Positions 18,262 through 28,631 of a DNA stretch of 52,971 nt are shown piece after piece. The position numbers were made by a program, and so were the translations under genes. A model generated the notes under the pieces. That model was not told the DNA's origin and searched no databases. It saw only the letters and a list, made by a program, of their open reading frames with translations. The DNA is from Bdellovibrionia bacterium (GTDB lineage: Bacteria > Bdellovibrionota > UBA1018): positions 1 through 52,971 of the forward strand of contig JBMSSC010000003.1 in NCBI GenBank assembly GCA_049424145.1. The letters run 5' to 3'. The stretch's first letter is position 1. Each line of letters starts with the position of its first letter.

Positions 18262-19624
18262 GATTCCTCAGTTTGGACGAGGCCATACTTTTTTTCATCT
18301 CATCCACTCGTCCCGAAACCAGCACCACCAGGTGATTCGCCTGAATGTACTTCTTTGCAACTTCCTTGACTCGCTGAACACTCACTGCTTGAACCTTTGC
18401 GGGAAACTCGCTGGGGGAATGGGGATCGAGTCCAAAAACTCGCCCATTGAGCCAGAGGGACACTACGGAACTCAGGCTTGATGCCTGAAGGGCGAATCCA
18501 CCGAGTAGAAAATCTTGAGCCGCACTCACTTCGGCTGATGAGAGTGGGTCCTGGGGAAATGCCGCAATCAATTCCTGGATTCTGCGAATCACGGGTCCGA
18601 CCTTGTCATTTCGGGTCACAGCATGAATCGTAAGCTCCGAGTCATCCCGATTCAGACTCAATGTCGAGCCCAAGGAATAGGTCACCCCCATGGGATCTCG
18701 AATCTGGGAGTTCAGTCGACTATTGACTCCTCCTCCTAAAATCGTATTGGCCACCAGAAGCGGATAAAAATCGGGATCCCGAGCGGAGGGCCCCTTCAGT
18801 CCCATGCGAATCTGGGCGTGAGGAAGCTCTGAAGCCTCCAATAAAAACACGGGTTGAGAAGAAGTCGCCTTCGACCTCAAGGCCAGACGGGGAGCTTTCG
18901 GCGGGATTGAACTCACCGGCGCCTTGCTCGACCAACCACCAAACACGGTTTGCACTGCTGCTCTGAGCTCATGCACATCCAGACGGCCTGCGAGCACCAA
19001 GATGCTTTTTTCAGGAACAAAATGGGTTTGATAGAAGGCCTGAAGATCACCCACCTTAAAATTCTGAATCGCCTTCAAGTTCAACACCCCGCTTCTTCCA
19101 TCGGGGCCTCCTTTGGACAAAAGACGACGGTAGACTTGAGTGGTCAGGCCAATGGCTGCCCCAACGGAGTGATCCATCCTCTGCAGATAGCGCTCCTGGG
19201 CAAGAGCTAGGTGCTCTTTCTGAATCGTTGCATGGAGTGTGATTTTCCCGAGTAACTCGAGTAAGGCGCCTGCATCCCGGGATAAACCATGAAACCCGAT
19301 GAGCATGGAATCCTCATCCACAATTGAATCCGGGGAGACCCCAAGCTCAGCCCATGCGGGCTGACTACCCCCAGAAAGAGGAACCTCAGTGAGGGTTTGA
19401 GCAAGCAACTCCGCCACTCCACTTTGATGGGGGAGATCGGATTTTTTTCCCGCAGACACCACCAATGAAACGTCCACCAGAGGCAACCTTGGATCATGAA
19501 ACCAAGCCACCGTTAATCCATTAGAAAGCGTCTCAATCTGAGGCTCAGGCAACTTAGACTCCGCCTGACAAACGCTCAGCAGTCCAAACACAAGCGATAA
19601 AGTGATCCACCCCCTCTGAATCAT
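18230..19624 (-). CDS. M16B peptidase, non-catalytic subunit (signal peptide)
   Basis: LSNGL start of the fold; HxxEH replaced by ELLAQ; LGGGVNSRL and R...Y pair (IRDPMGVTY). Confidence 0.85.
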   Translation of the reverse strand: MIQRGWITLSLVFGLLSVCQAESKLPEPQIETLSNGLTVAWFHDPRLPLVDVSLVVSAGKKSDLPHQSGVAELLAQTLTEVPLSGGSQPAWAELGVSPDSIVDEDSMLIGFHGLSRDAGALLELLGKITLHATIQKEHLALAQERYLQRMDHSVGAAIGLTTQVYRRLLSKGGPDGRSGVLNLKAIQNFKVGDLQAFYQTHFVPEKSILVLAGRLDVHELRAAVQTVFGGWSSKAPVSSIPPKAPRLALRSKATSSQPVFLLEASELPHAQIRMGLKGPSARDPDFYPLLVANTILGGGVNSRLNSQIRDPMGVTYSLGSTLSLNRDDSELTIHAVTRNDKVGPVIRRIQELIAAFPQDPLSSAEVSAAQDFLLGGFALQASSLSSVVSLWLNGRVFGLDPHSPSEFPAKVQAVSVQRVKEVAKKYIQANHLVVLVSGRVDEMKKSMASSKLRNLKQVVLTDLQ

Positions 19625-21048
19625 TTGGCCACCACCGTCACAACGACACGATTATTCGGATCTAAATACTTTTGGGCCACGCGCTGAACATCGGATGCCC
19701 CCACCTGATTGTATTTTTTAAAATCTTCCATCATTCGTTTTGGATCCCTAAAGAGCATCTGCAGTGCACCGAGAATCTGACCTACGCCATAGGGGGTCCT
19801 CAGTTGATCCATCCCATGAATCGTCAACTGACGAATGGCTGCTTTCAGCTGCTCAGGGGTGACCCCATTGAGCTTCACTTTTTCAATCAAAGCCTCAATC
19901 TCCTTTTCTGCTGCCGCAGAGGAAACGCGAGGACGCATACTCCCAGAAACCATCAATAAACCGGGATACGCAGGAGTGTAGCAAGTCCCCTGAAGGTGGG
20001 TTGCAATTTTTTTCTCCTTCACCAACTTTTGATAGGCCTGAGAGCTCTCGCCTTCAAACAGAATATTCACCAAAACATCTAAGGCATACGAATCCTCATC
20101 CTGAGCACTCCCCACATGATAAGCGTAGGCGAATTTTTCAGCCTTCACCGCCTCTCTTAAAATCAGGCGTCGCTCTTCTGTTGCGGGGGGCTCGGACTGA
20201 ATCTCGCGCTTCGGCTGAGCGCCGGAGGCAATGGGCTCATAGTATTTTTTGATCCACCCTAAGGCTTCAGTCGTCTTGAAGTCACCGATGAGAATCAAGG
20301 TGACATTCGAGGGCTGATAATAGGTTTTAAAAAAACTCTGAAGAGCCTCAAGCGGAAGAGTGATTAAGTCCTGAACATACCCCATCACGGGCCACTGATA
20401 GGGGTGATAGCGATAACTCAATTGCCAAAGAGCCTCAAACATCTTGGTTTCAACTGAGTTCTCACCCCTCAATTGGCGCTCTTCCAAGATCACGCGTTTT
20501 TCCTGATCCAAGACGTCCTGCGTTACGGTGAGATGAGCCAGCCGATCGGACTCTAAATCGATCACCTTCTCCAGAAGTCGTGGCGTAAAGTTCTCATAAA
20601 AAACGGTATAATCCCGAGTCGTAAAGGCATTCACCTCCGCTCCTTGGGTCTCCAATTGCTGAAAAAACTCCCGGGGCCCATATTTTTTTGTCCCACGAAA
20701 CATCAAGTGTTCAAACAGGTGAGAAACTCCAGTGATTCCTAAGTGCTCATCGACGGAACCCACACGAAGCCAGGTCTGAAAACTGATGATCGGAACCCGA
20801 TGGTCCTCAACGAGTAAGACCTCAAGGCCGTTGGATAAAACTTTTCTTTCGATCTGAAGCTCAAGCCCTAGATCCTTGTTTTCTAGGGTATCAAAGCCAC
20901 AAATCAACACCAGAACGAAGAGCCAGAACACTGCGCTTAGGCCAGGCAATCGCCTGAGCAACCCCCTCTTGTTCAACCGAGCTACATTGAAGTCTGTTTG
21001 AAATCGAACTCGACTCATCATCACACGGCACCCTTTTGATCTCAGCAT
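19621..21048 (-). CDS. M16B zinc peptidase, catalytic subunit
   Basis: HLFEH (HxxEH), NAFT, downstream EER; ATGA overlap with its partner; start uncertain. Confidence 0.92.
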   Translation of the reverse strand: MLRSKGCRVMMSRVRFQTDFNVARLNKRGLLRRLPGLSAVFWLFVLVLICGFDTLENKDLGLELQIERKVLSNGLEVLLVEDHRVPIISFQTWLRVGSVDEHLGITGVSHLFEHLMFRGTKKYGPREFFQQLETQGAEVNAFTTRDYTVFYENFTPRLLEKVIDLESDRLAHLTVTQDVLDQEKRVILEERQLRGENSVETKMFEALWQLSYRYHPYQWPVMGYVQDLITLPLEALQSFFKTYYQPSNVTLILIGDFKTTEALGWIKKYYEPIASGAQPKREIQSEPPATEERRLILREAVKAEKFAYAYHVGSAQDEDSYALDVLVNILFEGESSQAYQKLVKEKKIATHLQGTCYTPAYPGLLMVSGSMRPRVSSAAAEKEIEALIEKVKLNGVTPEQLKAAIRQLTIHGMDQLRTPYGVGQILGALQMLFRDPKRMMEDFKKYNQVGASDVQRVAQKYLDPNNRVVVTVVAK

Positions 21049-21207
21049 GGAATTGACGCACCCCCACTCTCACCCGCAGGAGTCCTTGGACTTTCTATCC
21101 CTTAGACTAACTCGCCCTGAAGAAAAAAATGAAAAGAATTTCATCTTCTTTCACTTGGATTGGAATCCAGACTTCATCGAAGTTCATTTTTTTGGTACCT
21201 GAATTCA

Positions 21208-22074
21208 ATGAAAGGTTCAAACCCAAGCAGCACTAAAAAAACCATCTCTCTGACCATTTTAGGCTCAGGGAACTCCACTGGCGTACCCATGATCCAATGC
21301 AAGTGTCGGGTCTGTCGATCAAAAAACCCGAAAAACAAGCGACTCAGGGCCTCCGCTTGGCTTCGAGTGGGGGGAAAAAGCTTTCTCATTGATACGAGTC
21401 CTGATCTTCGCCAACAAGCCATTCGAGCCCGCATCCCTCGAATTGACGCAGTTCTCTATACCCACCCCCATGCAGATCACACGCACGGAATTGATGAATT
21501 AAGAAGCTTCAATGCGATTCAAAAAAGTGAGATTCCTGTCTACGCTCACTCCTGGACGTGCACTGAGCTTCAATCCAAATTTAATTACATATTTGATTAT
21601 TCCAGGCAAGAATTACTCAGTCGTTCGCCGATCCCCAGGGACAATCCCCAGTTTGAAGGAAAAAAAGAGGAAGGAGGCGGACGCCCGCGCTTGCCTCTAA
21701 TTGAATTTGATCCCAGCGCTTGTGAACTGGAGATCTTAGGGGAAAAAATCATCCCCATTCCACTGCCTCATGGCTCCCAAGAATCCGTGGGCTACCGAAT
21801 CAATGGCATTGCCTACGTTACAGATTGTAGTTATATACCGATATCGTCCCTGGATCGAATGAAGGAGCTTTCTGTGCTCGTTTTAGATTGTTTAAGATTA
21901 AGGCCGCATGGAACTCACTTGAATCTCGATCAAGCATTGGAAATCGTGTCTGTACTGAAACCCAAACGGACATTCTTAACCCACTTAGGACATGAAATGG
22001 ACTACGCGACTTGGAGGAAAAAGCTCCCAAAAGGAGTGTCGCTCGCATACGATGGACTAACGATTAAAACCTAA
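21208..22074 (+). CDS. MBL-fold metallohydrolase, PhnP-like phosphodiesterase family
   Basis: LGSGNSTGVP, CKCRVC, THPHADH, YVTD, THLGH, AYDG. Confidence 0.9.
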   Translation: MKGSNPSSTKKTISLTILGSGNSTGVPMIQCKCRVCRSKNPKNKRLRASAWLRVGGKSFLIDTSPDLRQQAIRARIPRIDAVLYTHPHADHTHGIDELRSFNAIQKSEIPVYAHSWTCTELQSKFNYIFDYSRQELLSRSPIPRDNPQFEGKKEEGGGRPRLPLIEFDPSACELEILGEKIIPIPLPHGSQESVGYRINGIAYVTDCSYIPISSLDRMKELSVLVLDCLRLRPHGTHLNLDQALEIVSVLKPKRTFLTHLGHEMDYATWRKKLPKGVSLAYDGLTIKT

Positions 22075-22114
22075 AGCCGGCTTTTTCAAAAAAAGCCTCA
22101 AGCAGGAGAATCTT

Positions 22115-23221
22115 ATGATTATCGGAGTACCCAAGGAAATCAAAAATAAAGAAAATCGAGTTGGAATGGTGATTGCTGGAGTGCGAGCTCTGACCCAAGC
22201 CGGCCATAAAATCCTCATTCAAACCCATGCAGGACAAGGCGTAGGGATTTCTGATGAGGACTACCGAAAGGCAGGGGCGACCATCGTTGGTACTCCCAAA
22301 GAAGTCTACGACAAAGCCGACATGATTGTGAAGGTGAAGGAACCTTTGCCCGAGGAATACCCTCTGTTGCGTGAAAACCAAATTCTTTACACCTACCTTC
22401 ACTTAGCAGCGGACGAGCGACTGACGAAGGCGCTGATGGAGAGAAAAATCATCGGCATCGCCTATGAGACGATTCAACCTGCTGATGGCTCCTTGCCGCT
22501 TCTGGCGCCCATGAGTGCGGTTGCAGGTCGAATGGCAACCCAGATTGGGGCCACTTACCTTCAGCATGATCACGGAGGAAAGGGCTTACTCTTAGGCGGC
22601 GTCACCGGCGTGGAGCGCGGTCGTGTTGTGATTTTAGGAGGGGGCGTCGTGGGGATCAACGCCGCTAAGATGGCCGTCGGACTCGGTGCGCATGTCACCA
22701 TCTTAGATGTGAACATCCACCGACTGGATTACCTTGCGGATATTTTTGGAAACGAAGTGACCACCTTATACTCCAACAGTGAACAAGTGGAACGTGCGGT
22801 GACCCAAGCGGATCTAGTCATTGGCGCCGTTTTAGTGCCTGGTGCCAAGGCTCCCAAACTGGTCACTCGTGAGATGATTTCCCGAATGAGCCCAGGAGGT
22901 GTTGTAGTCGATGTGGCAGTTGACCAGGGAGGCTCGGTTGAGACCTGCCGTCCCACGAGCCATGAACACCCCACGTACACGGTGGATGGAGTGGTCCACT
23001 ATGCAGTTCCGAATATGCCAGGGGCCGTTCCAAGAACTTCAACGTATGCTCTCACCAATGTCACTCTGAAGTATGCTCTGATGATTGCAAACTTAGGATG
23101 GAGAGCCGCCCTCACGAAGGATGAGGCCTTAAGAAAAGGGCTAAACATCCTGGGAGGTCGCGTGGCGTATAAACAGGTGGCCGATGACTTAGGTTTACCT
23201 TTTGAGGCTTTCACCGGATAA
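22115..23221 (+). CDS. ald: Alanine dehydrogenase
   Basis: GVPKEIK, KVKEP, YLHLA, GGGVVG, DVAVDQGG, NMPGAVPRTST. Confidence 0.97.
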   Translation: MIIGVPKEIKNKENRVGMVIAGVRALTQAGHKILIQTHAGQGVGISDEDYRKAGATIVGTPKEVYDKADMIVKVKEPLPEEYPLLRENQILYTYLHLAADERLTKALMERKIIGIAYETIQPADGSLPLLAPMSAVAGRMATQIGATYLQHDHGGKGLLLGGVTGVERGRVVILGGGVVGINAAKMAVGLGAHVTILDVNIHRLDYLADIFGNEVTTLYSNSEQVERAVTQADLVIGAVLVPGAKAPKLVTREMISRMSPGGVVVDVAVDQGGSVETCRPTSHEHPTYTVDGVVHYAVPNMPGAVPRTSTYALTNVTLKYALMIANLGWRAALTKDEALRKGLNILGGRVAYKQVADDLGLPFEAFTG

Positions 23222-23242
23222 AAATTACCCTGTGGACTCTTT

Positions 23243-23276
23243 AAGCGGGTGAAAAGACAAGTTTTTTCACCCGCTT
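23243..23276 (+). terminator. Hairpin, probable terminator after ald
   Basis: 13-bp stem AAGCGGGTGAAAA/TTTTCACCCGCTT; no clear poly-U tail. Confidence 0.55.
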
Positions 23277-23444
23277 GAACTCCTCCTTGCGCCCTCAAAA
23301 AATTTAACCCTCACGGCTCACCCCTTCTCCTTTACTTCTCTGCTGCGTTCCGCTTCCTTTGAATATCCAACCGAGCCCCCAAGATTTTCAAGGTCTCTAG
23401 ACGGACTCTAGACATCCTATTCTTTCAATAGTATTATTAAAAAA

Positions 23445-24065
23445 ATGTCTGACCATGGCGAAGCTCCCAAAGAACACTCCCCCGAGGGAGAGAAAAAAGA
23501 ACGCGACTCAGGCGGATCTTTCAAAGCCCTGCTCGTGCCTCTGATCAACTCCATAGCCCTTCTGGGCGCCCTGGGCTTTCTCACCTACACGAAGCTCATC
23601 TACAAGCACCCGGCAATTACTGATGCAGCCGAAACAACACGAATCGTGGAGACCAACAAGAAGGAGGCTTTAAATGAACAGGTCGCAATCCCCACGATTC
23701 CCTTTGAGCTGATCACCGTCAACATTCAAGGAGCCTCCAACACTCCACAAGGCATCGGGTCCGATGGAAAACCCGCACGCATGATCGGCGCTAAACACCA
23801 TTATCTGACCCTCGAGTTTCATTTAGAAATTCAAAAGCCTGAACATGCAGCTCTCATTGAAAGCTTAAGACCGTTTCTTTTAGATCAGCTCATTCAGGTT
23901 GCAGCGAAAAAAACCTTCGAAGAACTAGCAACGGTTCAAGGGCGCTACCTCTTTCAGTCTCAGCTCGTGGACATTGCCAATCAGACGCTTGCCAAGCGAA
24001 TGAATCCACCTCCTCGAGAACTCATCGTCACGCATCTTTACTTCACGACATTTTTAGTGCAATAG
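23445..24065 (+). CDS. fliL: FliL-family flagellar basal body-associated protein
   Basis: N-terminal TM helix, ITVNI, HYLTL, KTFEEL..GR and C-terminal LYFTTFLVQ typical of FliL. Confidence 0.75.
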   Translation: MSDHGEAPKEHSPEGEKKERDSGGSFKALLVPLINSIALLGALGFLTYTKLIYKHPAITDAAETTRIVETNKKEALNEQVAIPTIPFELITVNIQGASNTPQGIGSDGKPARMIGAKHHYLTLEFHLEIQKPEHAALIESLRPFLLDQLIQVAAKKTFEELATVQGRYLFQSQLVDIANQTLAKRMNPPPRELIVTHLYFTTFLVQ

Positions 24066-24231
24066 GAACGCATTTTAAACTTAAGCGAAGCTCTCACCCA
24101 AAGAAGAGTGAAGGTACATAAACCACTCGGCTGCCCATTTGAAACGGGTCATTTAAATCGTAAATCGAATCAATCTAAAGCAGCTCTGTAAAATGCACCC
24201 GAGTCTGCGCTCTCAGCCCTCGTGTTTGGAA

Positions 24232-25848
24232 TTAGAAATTGACACCGACTCGCAGAGCAGTGGCCAGGACAGGAGACGTGCTATTTTCAACCCCACTGGC
24301 TGCGTTGGAGAATGCAAAGAAACTACCTGGGAAGAAGACCCCACCATCCCAACGAATCTGAACGGCATCATCCCACTGATAGGTCACACCCACATCCGCC
24401 TCCAATCCCAGATCCTTCCCCTGATTACGTCCGGCTTGATTCGGCTGATTCGTTCGCTGCCAAGAGTTGTAAAAATACGGATCCCCTGCGGATGCACTTT
24501 GAAGTGCACTTGCATAAATCAATGTCGGCTGAATCGTAAACTGGTCTGTGGGCTTAAAAGGCACCGACAGGGCTAAGTAAGTCGCATTCACAATTGGATT
24601 ATCATAGATCGACCGTAAGCCCGTGGGACTCAACTTTGGGTTATTGAGCGTTTGGGGCCGAGAAAAATTGGCCAGCTGATAGTTAAATAAAATCATCCCT
24701 AAGTGATAGTTAGGATTAAAATAAAATGCGTTGAAATTCGCTCGACTGGCCGCATCCGCATTGTTTTGACCCGGAGCATACCCGACTCGAAGCAATGCCC
24801 CAAGCGAACTACTCCACTTATAATCCGCTTCCCCTGCAAACCCAAACGTGTTGACTTTGGACGGACCCATCTCGCCTGAAACAATGGGAAGCTCTCCACT
24901 TAATGTAAGCTTCTTAAACTTCTTTCTCACAAAAAGATCATAGGTCATTAAGTTCACGCTACCGGCCTGCTGAGCTGCAACACCAGGGACTCTCGCCGTC
25001 TCCGGCACCAGCACTCCATAGTTGGGATCCTGACTACTTCCGGCTAAACGCTTAATGACATTCACTCCGGCCTCTAGATCATCATCCATGTTTTCGTACT
25101 TCAGAATAATCGAGTAATCCGTGACCCCTGCTGATCCTAATCCCCCGGAGCACGTCTCAGAACCAGGTCCACCCTGCACTAGACACGCACCCCCAATGGT
25201 ATTGCCAGTGGAGCTCATCACCACGGAGGGAATCAAAGAGAACGATCCAAATTTAGCAAACCAGCGGACCGCGTCTCCTGTCGACATGTAACGATCCCAA
25301 AGATTCTCCCCTGAGTTCCAGAAAATTCCCAACCCCCAATTGAGCGGCACACGACCGACCTGAATCGTCCCGACATCCGTTAAGATCTCAGCCCAAAATC
25401 GCTGCGCCGTGAGAGTTGCCCCTCGGCTCTGCGAGGAGTAAAACTGCCTCTGGTCCGGAGAATAAGGATACGCTGACCCAAAAAGACCAAACTGAGGATC
25501 ACCTAACCAGAACTCCGATTTAATATAGATGTTGTCGTTGACGACCATCTTCGGACGTAGTCGCATGAAGAGGCTTTGAAAGGATGCATTGGACACCCCT
25601 CCTCCTCGAACATAATAACCGCCTGCATTTTCTCGTGTTAAGTCAGCCGACCCACCATTGGGTGAGGCGTCCATCGTGTAGTTAATCAAACCCTGAAGCT
25701 CGGACCAAAACTGCCCGGACCAATCGAGCTCCAAAGCGGAAGCCGAAGCAGAGGCCAAATAGACTAGGCCCATGCAGAGACCCTGAAGACTCCGTGCCTT
25801 TTTAAAAACGGATATCGGCTGAATCAATGGACGACTCCTCTCTCTCAT
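24232..25848 (-). CDS. Putative outer-membrane beta-barrel protein
   Basis: Signal peptide ending ASASA, amphipathic aromatic-rich strands, VGRVPLNWGLGIFWNSG, C-terminal Phe (VGVNF). Confidence 0.8.
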   Translation of the reverse strand: MRERSRPLIQPISVFKKARSLQGLCMGLVYLASASASALELDWSGQFWSELQGLINYTMDASPNGGSADLTRENAGGYYVRGGGVSNASFQSLFMRLRPKMVVNDNIYIKSEFWLGDPQFGLFGSAYPYSPDQRQFYSSQSRGATLTAQRFWAEILTDVGTIQVGRVPLNWGLGIFWNSGENLWDRYMSTGDAVRWFAKFGSFSLIPSVVMSSTGNTIGGACLVQGGPGSETCSGGLGSAGVTDYSIILKYENMDDDLEAGVNVIKRLAGSSQDPNYGVLVPETARVPGVAAQQAGSVNLMTYDLFVRKKFKKLTLSGELPIVSGEMGPSKVNTFGFAGEADYKWSSSLGALLRVGYAPGQNNADAASRANFNAFYFNPNYHLGMILFNYQLANFSRPQTLNNPKLSPTGLRSIYDNPIVNATYLALSVPFKPTDQFTIQPTLIYASALQSASAGDPYFYNSWQRTNQPNQAGRNQGKDLGLEADVGVTYQWDDAVQIRWDGGVFFPGSFFAFSNAASGVENSTSPVLATALRVGVNF

Positions 25849-25989
25849 TCACTGGGTAGGAAACTTGCCCTCTCAGTGTTAGCTGCGCTTGATCATTCCG
25901 TCAAGGTATGTCAGTTTTATTTGACTCACAATTCTTGAGCCAAGCGTTGATACCCTCCTCTTTCTCAATCAAAGAGGAGTTCCGAGTTC

Positions 25990-26013
25990 GAGCGATTCGG
26001 ATCCGAATCGCTC
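25990..26013. repeat. Perfect 24-bp palindrome in a divergent intergenic region
   Basis: GAGCGATTCGGATCCGAATCGCTC equals its own reverse complement. Confidence 0.85.
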
Positions 26014-26236
26014 CTGGACCAACTTTTAGGAGTGAAAAGACTATGGTCATCACCCACAATCGTTTGCCCGCTCTCAAATGCAGTGGGCCGAATCGGAGAC
26101 TCCGATCCTTTCTTTCACCTTTTAACAGGTTTTTGGCAAAACTTCTCAAGTCGATCCAATTTTTACCTATGCAGTGCCCCTTTGATCCCCGGCCGGAAGG
26201 TCGAGGTTTAATGCCATTTCAGATCAGGAGCTCATT

Positions 26237-28444
26237 TTGAGGAAACTCGGGATTCACTCGGTTCAATCAGAACGTAAAAAAAAGCGCGTTCCCCCTGTAT
26301 CATTTTTCCTTGCTGGATTGGCTCTGGGCGGAGCCTTCATGGTCTACCTGGCTTCGCTGGATCAGCAGTTGACAGATGCCTTTTTCAAAGAAGAACAATT
26401 GATCCCCATTCGGATTTACTCGGATGTTTCAAGAATCCAGCCAGGAGCCCGCCGCGCTCAAATTGAAACTCAACTCAAATCCCTAGGCTACTCTCCCGTT
26501 GAGCAGTCCCAATCTCTCAGCTTCTCTCTGAACCCACGAAACTACCCTGCCTACCTGATTCCGGATGGACACCCCCAACAGGAGCTCGGGGATCACTCTG
26601 AAAACGCTGAAACCCCAGTCCGCCTTGGATTTGAAAAACCGGGTCCAAACGCCCCTTTAGTCAGCCTTGAGCTGCGCGGAACCCCCGTTGACGACCTGTA
26701 TTTAGAACCCGAGCTCATTGCAACTCTCTCTAGAAGCGGGGAGGTCAAAAAAGAAATCCGGACTTCCCTTCAATTTTCTCAAATCCCAGCGCCCCTTTGG
26801 AAAGCCATCATTGCCATTGAGGATCATCACTTCTTAGATCACAAGGGCCTTGATCCTAAGGCAATTGCCCGTGCTTTTTTTGTTAACCTAAGAACTCTTT
26901 CTTTCGCTCAAGGTGGAAGCACGATCACGCAGCAGTTGGTTAAAAATCTCCTGGCTCGCCATACCAAAAATATTTTCCGAAAACTCAACGAAGTGCTCCT
27001 CTCTCTGCTTTTAGAGCTTCGGATGGAAAAAGAGCAGATTCTCGAGCGCTATTTAAATGAAGTCTATCTCGGACAAGTCGGACCTCTTGAGATTCATGGA
27101 GTTGCTGAGGGAGCTCAGTCCTTCTTTGGAAAAACTTTAGATGAACTAAATTTAGCTGAAATTGCGCTCATGGCAGGGATCATCCGTGGCCCTGGCTACT
27201 ACTCTCCTTATCACGCACGCGCGCGCGCCATCGAGCGAAGCCACTTGGTCCTGCGCAAGATGGTGGAAACCGGACAAATCGCAGAAGAAGAGGCCCAAGC
27301 GGCACTCTCCATGCCCATTCGCCTCGCCCCCCCCCTCACCTCTGCCACAAAAGCCCCTTATTTCTCAGACTACGTAAAGGCAGAACTCTTTCACCTGCTT
27401 CAAGGAAAACTCAGTGAAGAGGAAGTGCTTCGCTCCGGATTCAAAGTCTACACTACCTTGGATCTTCACCTCAACCAATTGGCAAGCCAAGTGGTCTCGC
27501 GTGAGGTCTTGCGACTAGAGAAGTCCCTCAAACTCCCTTCCTCCGACCGCCTCGAAGGCCTGCTGGCTGCCGTTGATCATTCGAAAGGTCATATTAAGGC
27601 CCTCGTCGGAGGCAGAGACTACTCCAAAAGCACGTTTAATCGCATCCTCAACATGAAACGACAGGTGGGCTCAACATTTAAACCCATTGTTTACCTCACG
27701 GCATTTCAACAAAAAACAGACCCCTTAGGAGTCCCCTACAACGCTGACTACCTGATGGAAGATGCACCGTGGAGCCTCACCTATGACGGAGGCAAGCAAA
27801 CCTGGGCTCCTCAGAACTATGAGAAAACCTTCCGCGGTTCCATCTCGCTTCGAACCGCTCTCACTCAATCCGTCAATACGGTCACAGCCAAACTCGGCCA
27901 ACAGGTAGGCCTACCAGCCATTGCTGAAACTGCTCGCCTCTTAGGGGTTCGCTCCGAACTTCCCTTAGTCCCCTCTCTTTCCTTAGGTGTGGCTGAGCTT
28001 GCGCCCTTGGAGCTTGCCCAGGTTTACTGCACGCTGGCCAATCATGGGGTCCGAATTGATCTCATCTCCGTTCGAGCCATCACCGAGTCCGATGGCAAGG
28101 AGTATCTCAGGATCACTCAAACGTCTCAACCCGTGATCGATCCAGCGGTGACCGACCTAACCACTGACATCCTAAAAGATGTTTTAGTGAGCGGAACGGC
28201 CAAGAGCGCTCTGAAGATGGGGTTTCAGCGTCCTGCAGCCGGCAAAACAGGCACCACCAGTCACCATCGAGATGCTTGGTTTGCAGGTTACACGCCCCAG
28301 CTCACCTCAGTGGTTTGGGTCGGCGTTGACCACGAGATCTCCCAGAAACTCAACTTAACCGGTGCCAGCGCCGCTTTACCCATTTGGGTTTCTTTTATGA
28401 ATCAAGCCCTCCAAAATAAACCCATCGAGCCGTTCCAGCCATAA
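26237..28444 (+). CDS. mrcB: Class A penicillin-binding protein (PBP1b-like transglycosylase/transpeptidase)
   Basis: TM anchor, UB2H-like insert, EDHHF, QGGSTITQQLVKN, STFK, SVN, KTG. Confidence 0.88.
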   Translation: MRKLGIHSVQSERKKKRVPPVSFFLAGLALGGAFMVYLASLDQQLTDAFFKEEQLIPIRIYSDVSRIQPGARRAQIETQLKSLGYSPVEQSQSLSFSLNPRNYPAYLIPDGHPQQELGDHSENAETPVRLGFEKPGPNAPLVSLELRGTPVDDLYLEPELIATLSRSGEVKKEIRTSLQFSQIPAPLWKAIIAIEDHHFLDHKGLDPKAIARAFFVNLRTLSFAQGGSTITQQLVKNLLARHTKNIFRKLNEVLLSLLLELRMEKEQILERYLNEVYLGQVGPLEIHGVAEGAQSFFGKTLDELNLAEIALMAGIIRGPGYYSPYHARARAIERSHLVLRKMVETGQIAEEEAQAALSMPIRLAPPLTSATKAPYFSDYVKAELFHLLQGKLSEEEVLRSGFKVYTTLDLHLNQLASQVVSREVLRLEKSLKLPSSDRLEGLLAAVDHSKGHIKALVGGRDYSKSTFNRILNMKRQVGSTFKPIVYLTAFQQKTDPLGVPYNADYLMEDAPWSLTYDGGKQTWAPQNYEKTFRGSISLRTALTQSVNTVTAKLGQQVGLPAIAETARLLGVRSELPLVPSLSLGVAELAPLELAQVYCTLANHGVRIDLISVRAITESDGKEYLRITQTSQPVIDPAVTDLTTDILKDVLVSGTAKSALKMGFQRPAAGKTGTTSHHRDAWFAGYTPQLTSVVWVGVDHEISQKLNLTGASAALPIWVSFMNQALQNKPIEPFQP

Positions 28445-28631
28445 GCAGACCGGAAGACCCAAGAGCCCTCGATGGAGCCCCCTCGGTCTCCCTTCTTTTG
28501 ATCCTCTCGCTGAGCTTGAGCCGTCAGGTCGGCTTAGGTTTTCGGATCAGTTTTTGAATTCGTTATTTGACTGATCCATAAAAAGGGAAGAATCGAGTTT
28601 AAGACAAGGAACGAGTGTCCAATCACAGGAG

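Noticed and set aside
26180-26210. CCGGAAGG resembling the SRP RNA apical loop
   Set aside because: Lacks the flanking CAGG and AGCAGC elements and the long SRP stem
25901-26240. 110-aa (+) and 82-aa (-) ORFs in the barrel/PBP spacer
   Set aside because: No family motifs or clear RBS; they overlap each other and the palindromes, so the region looks regulatory
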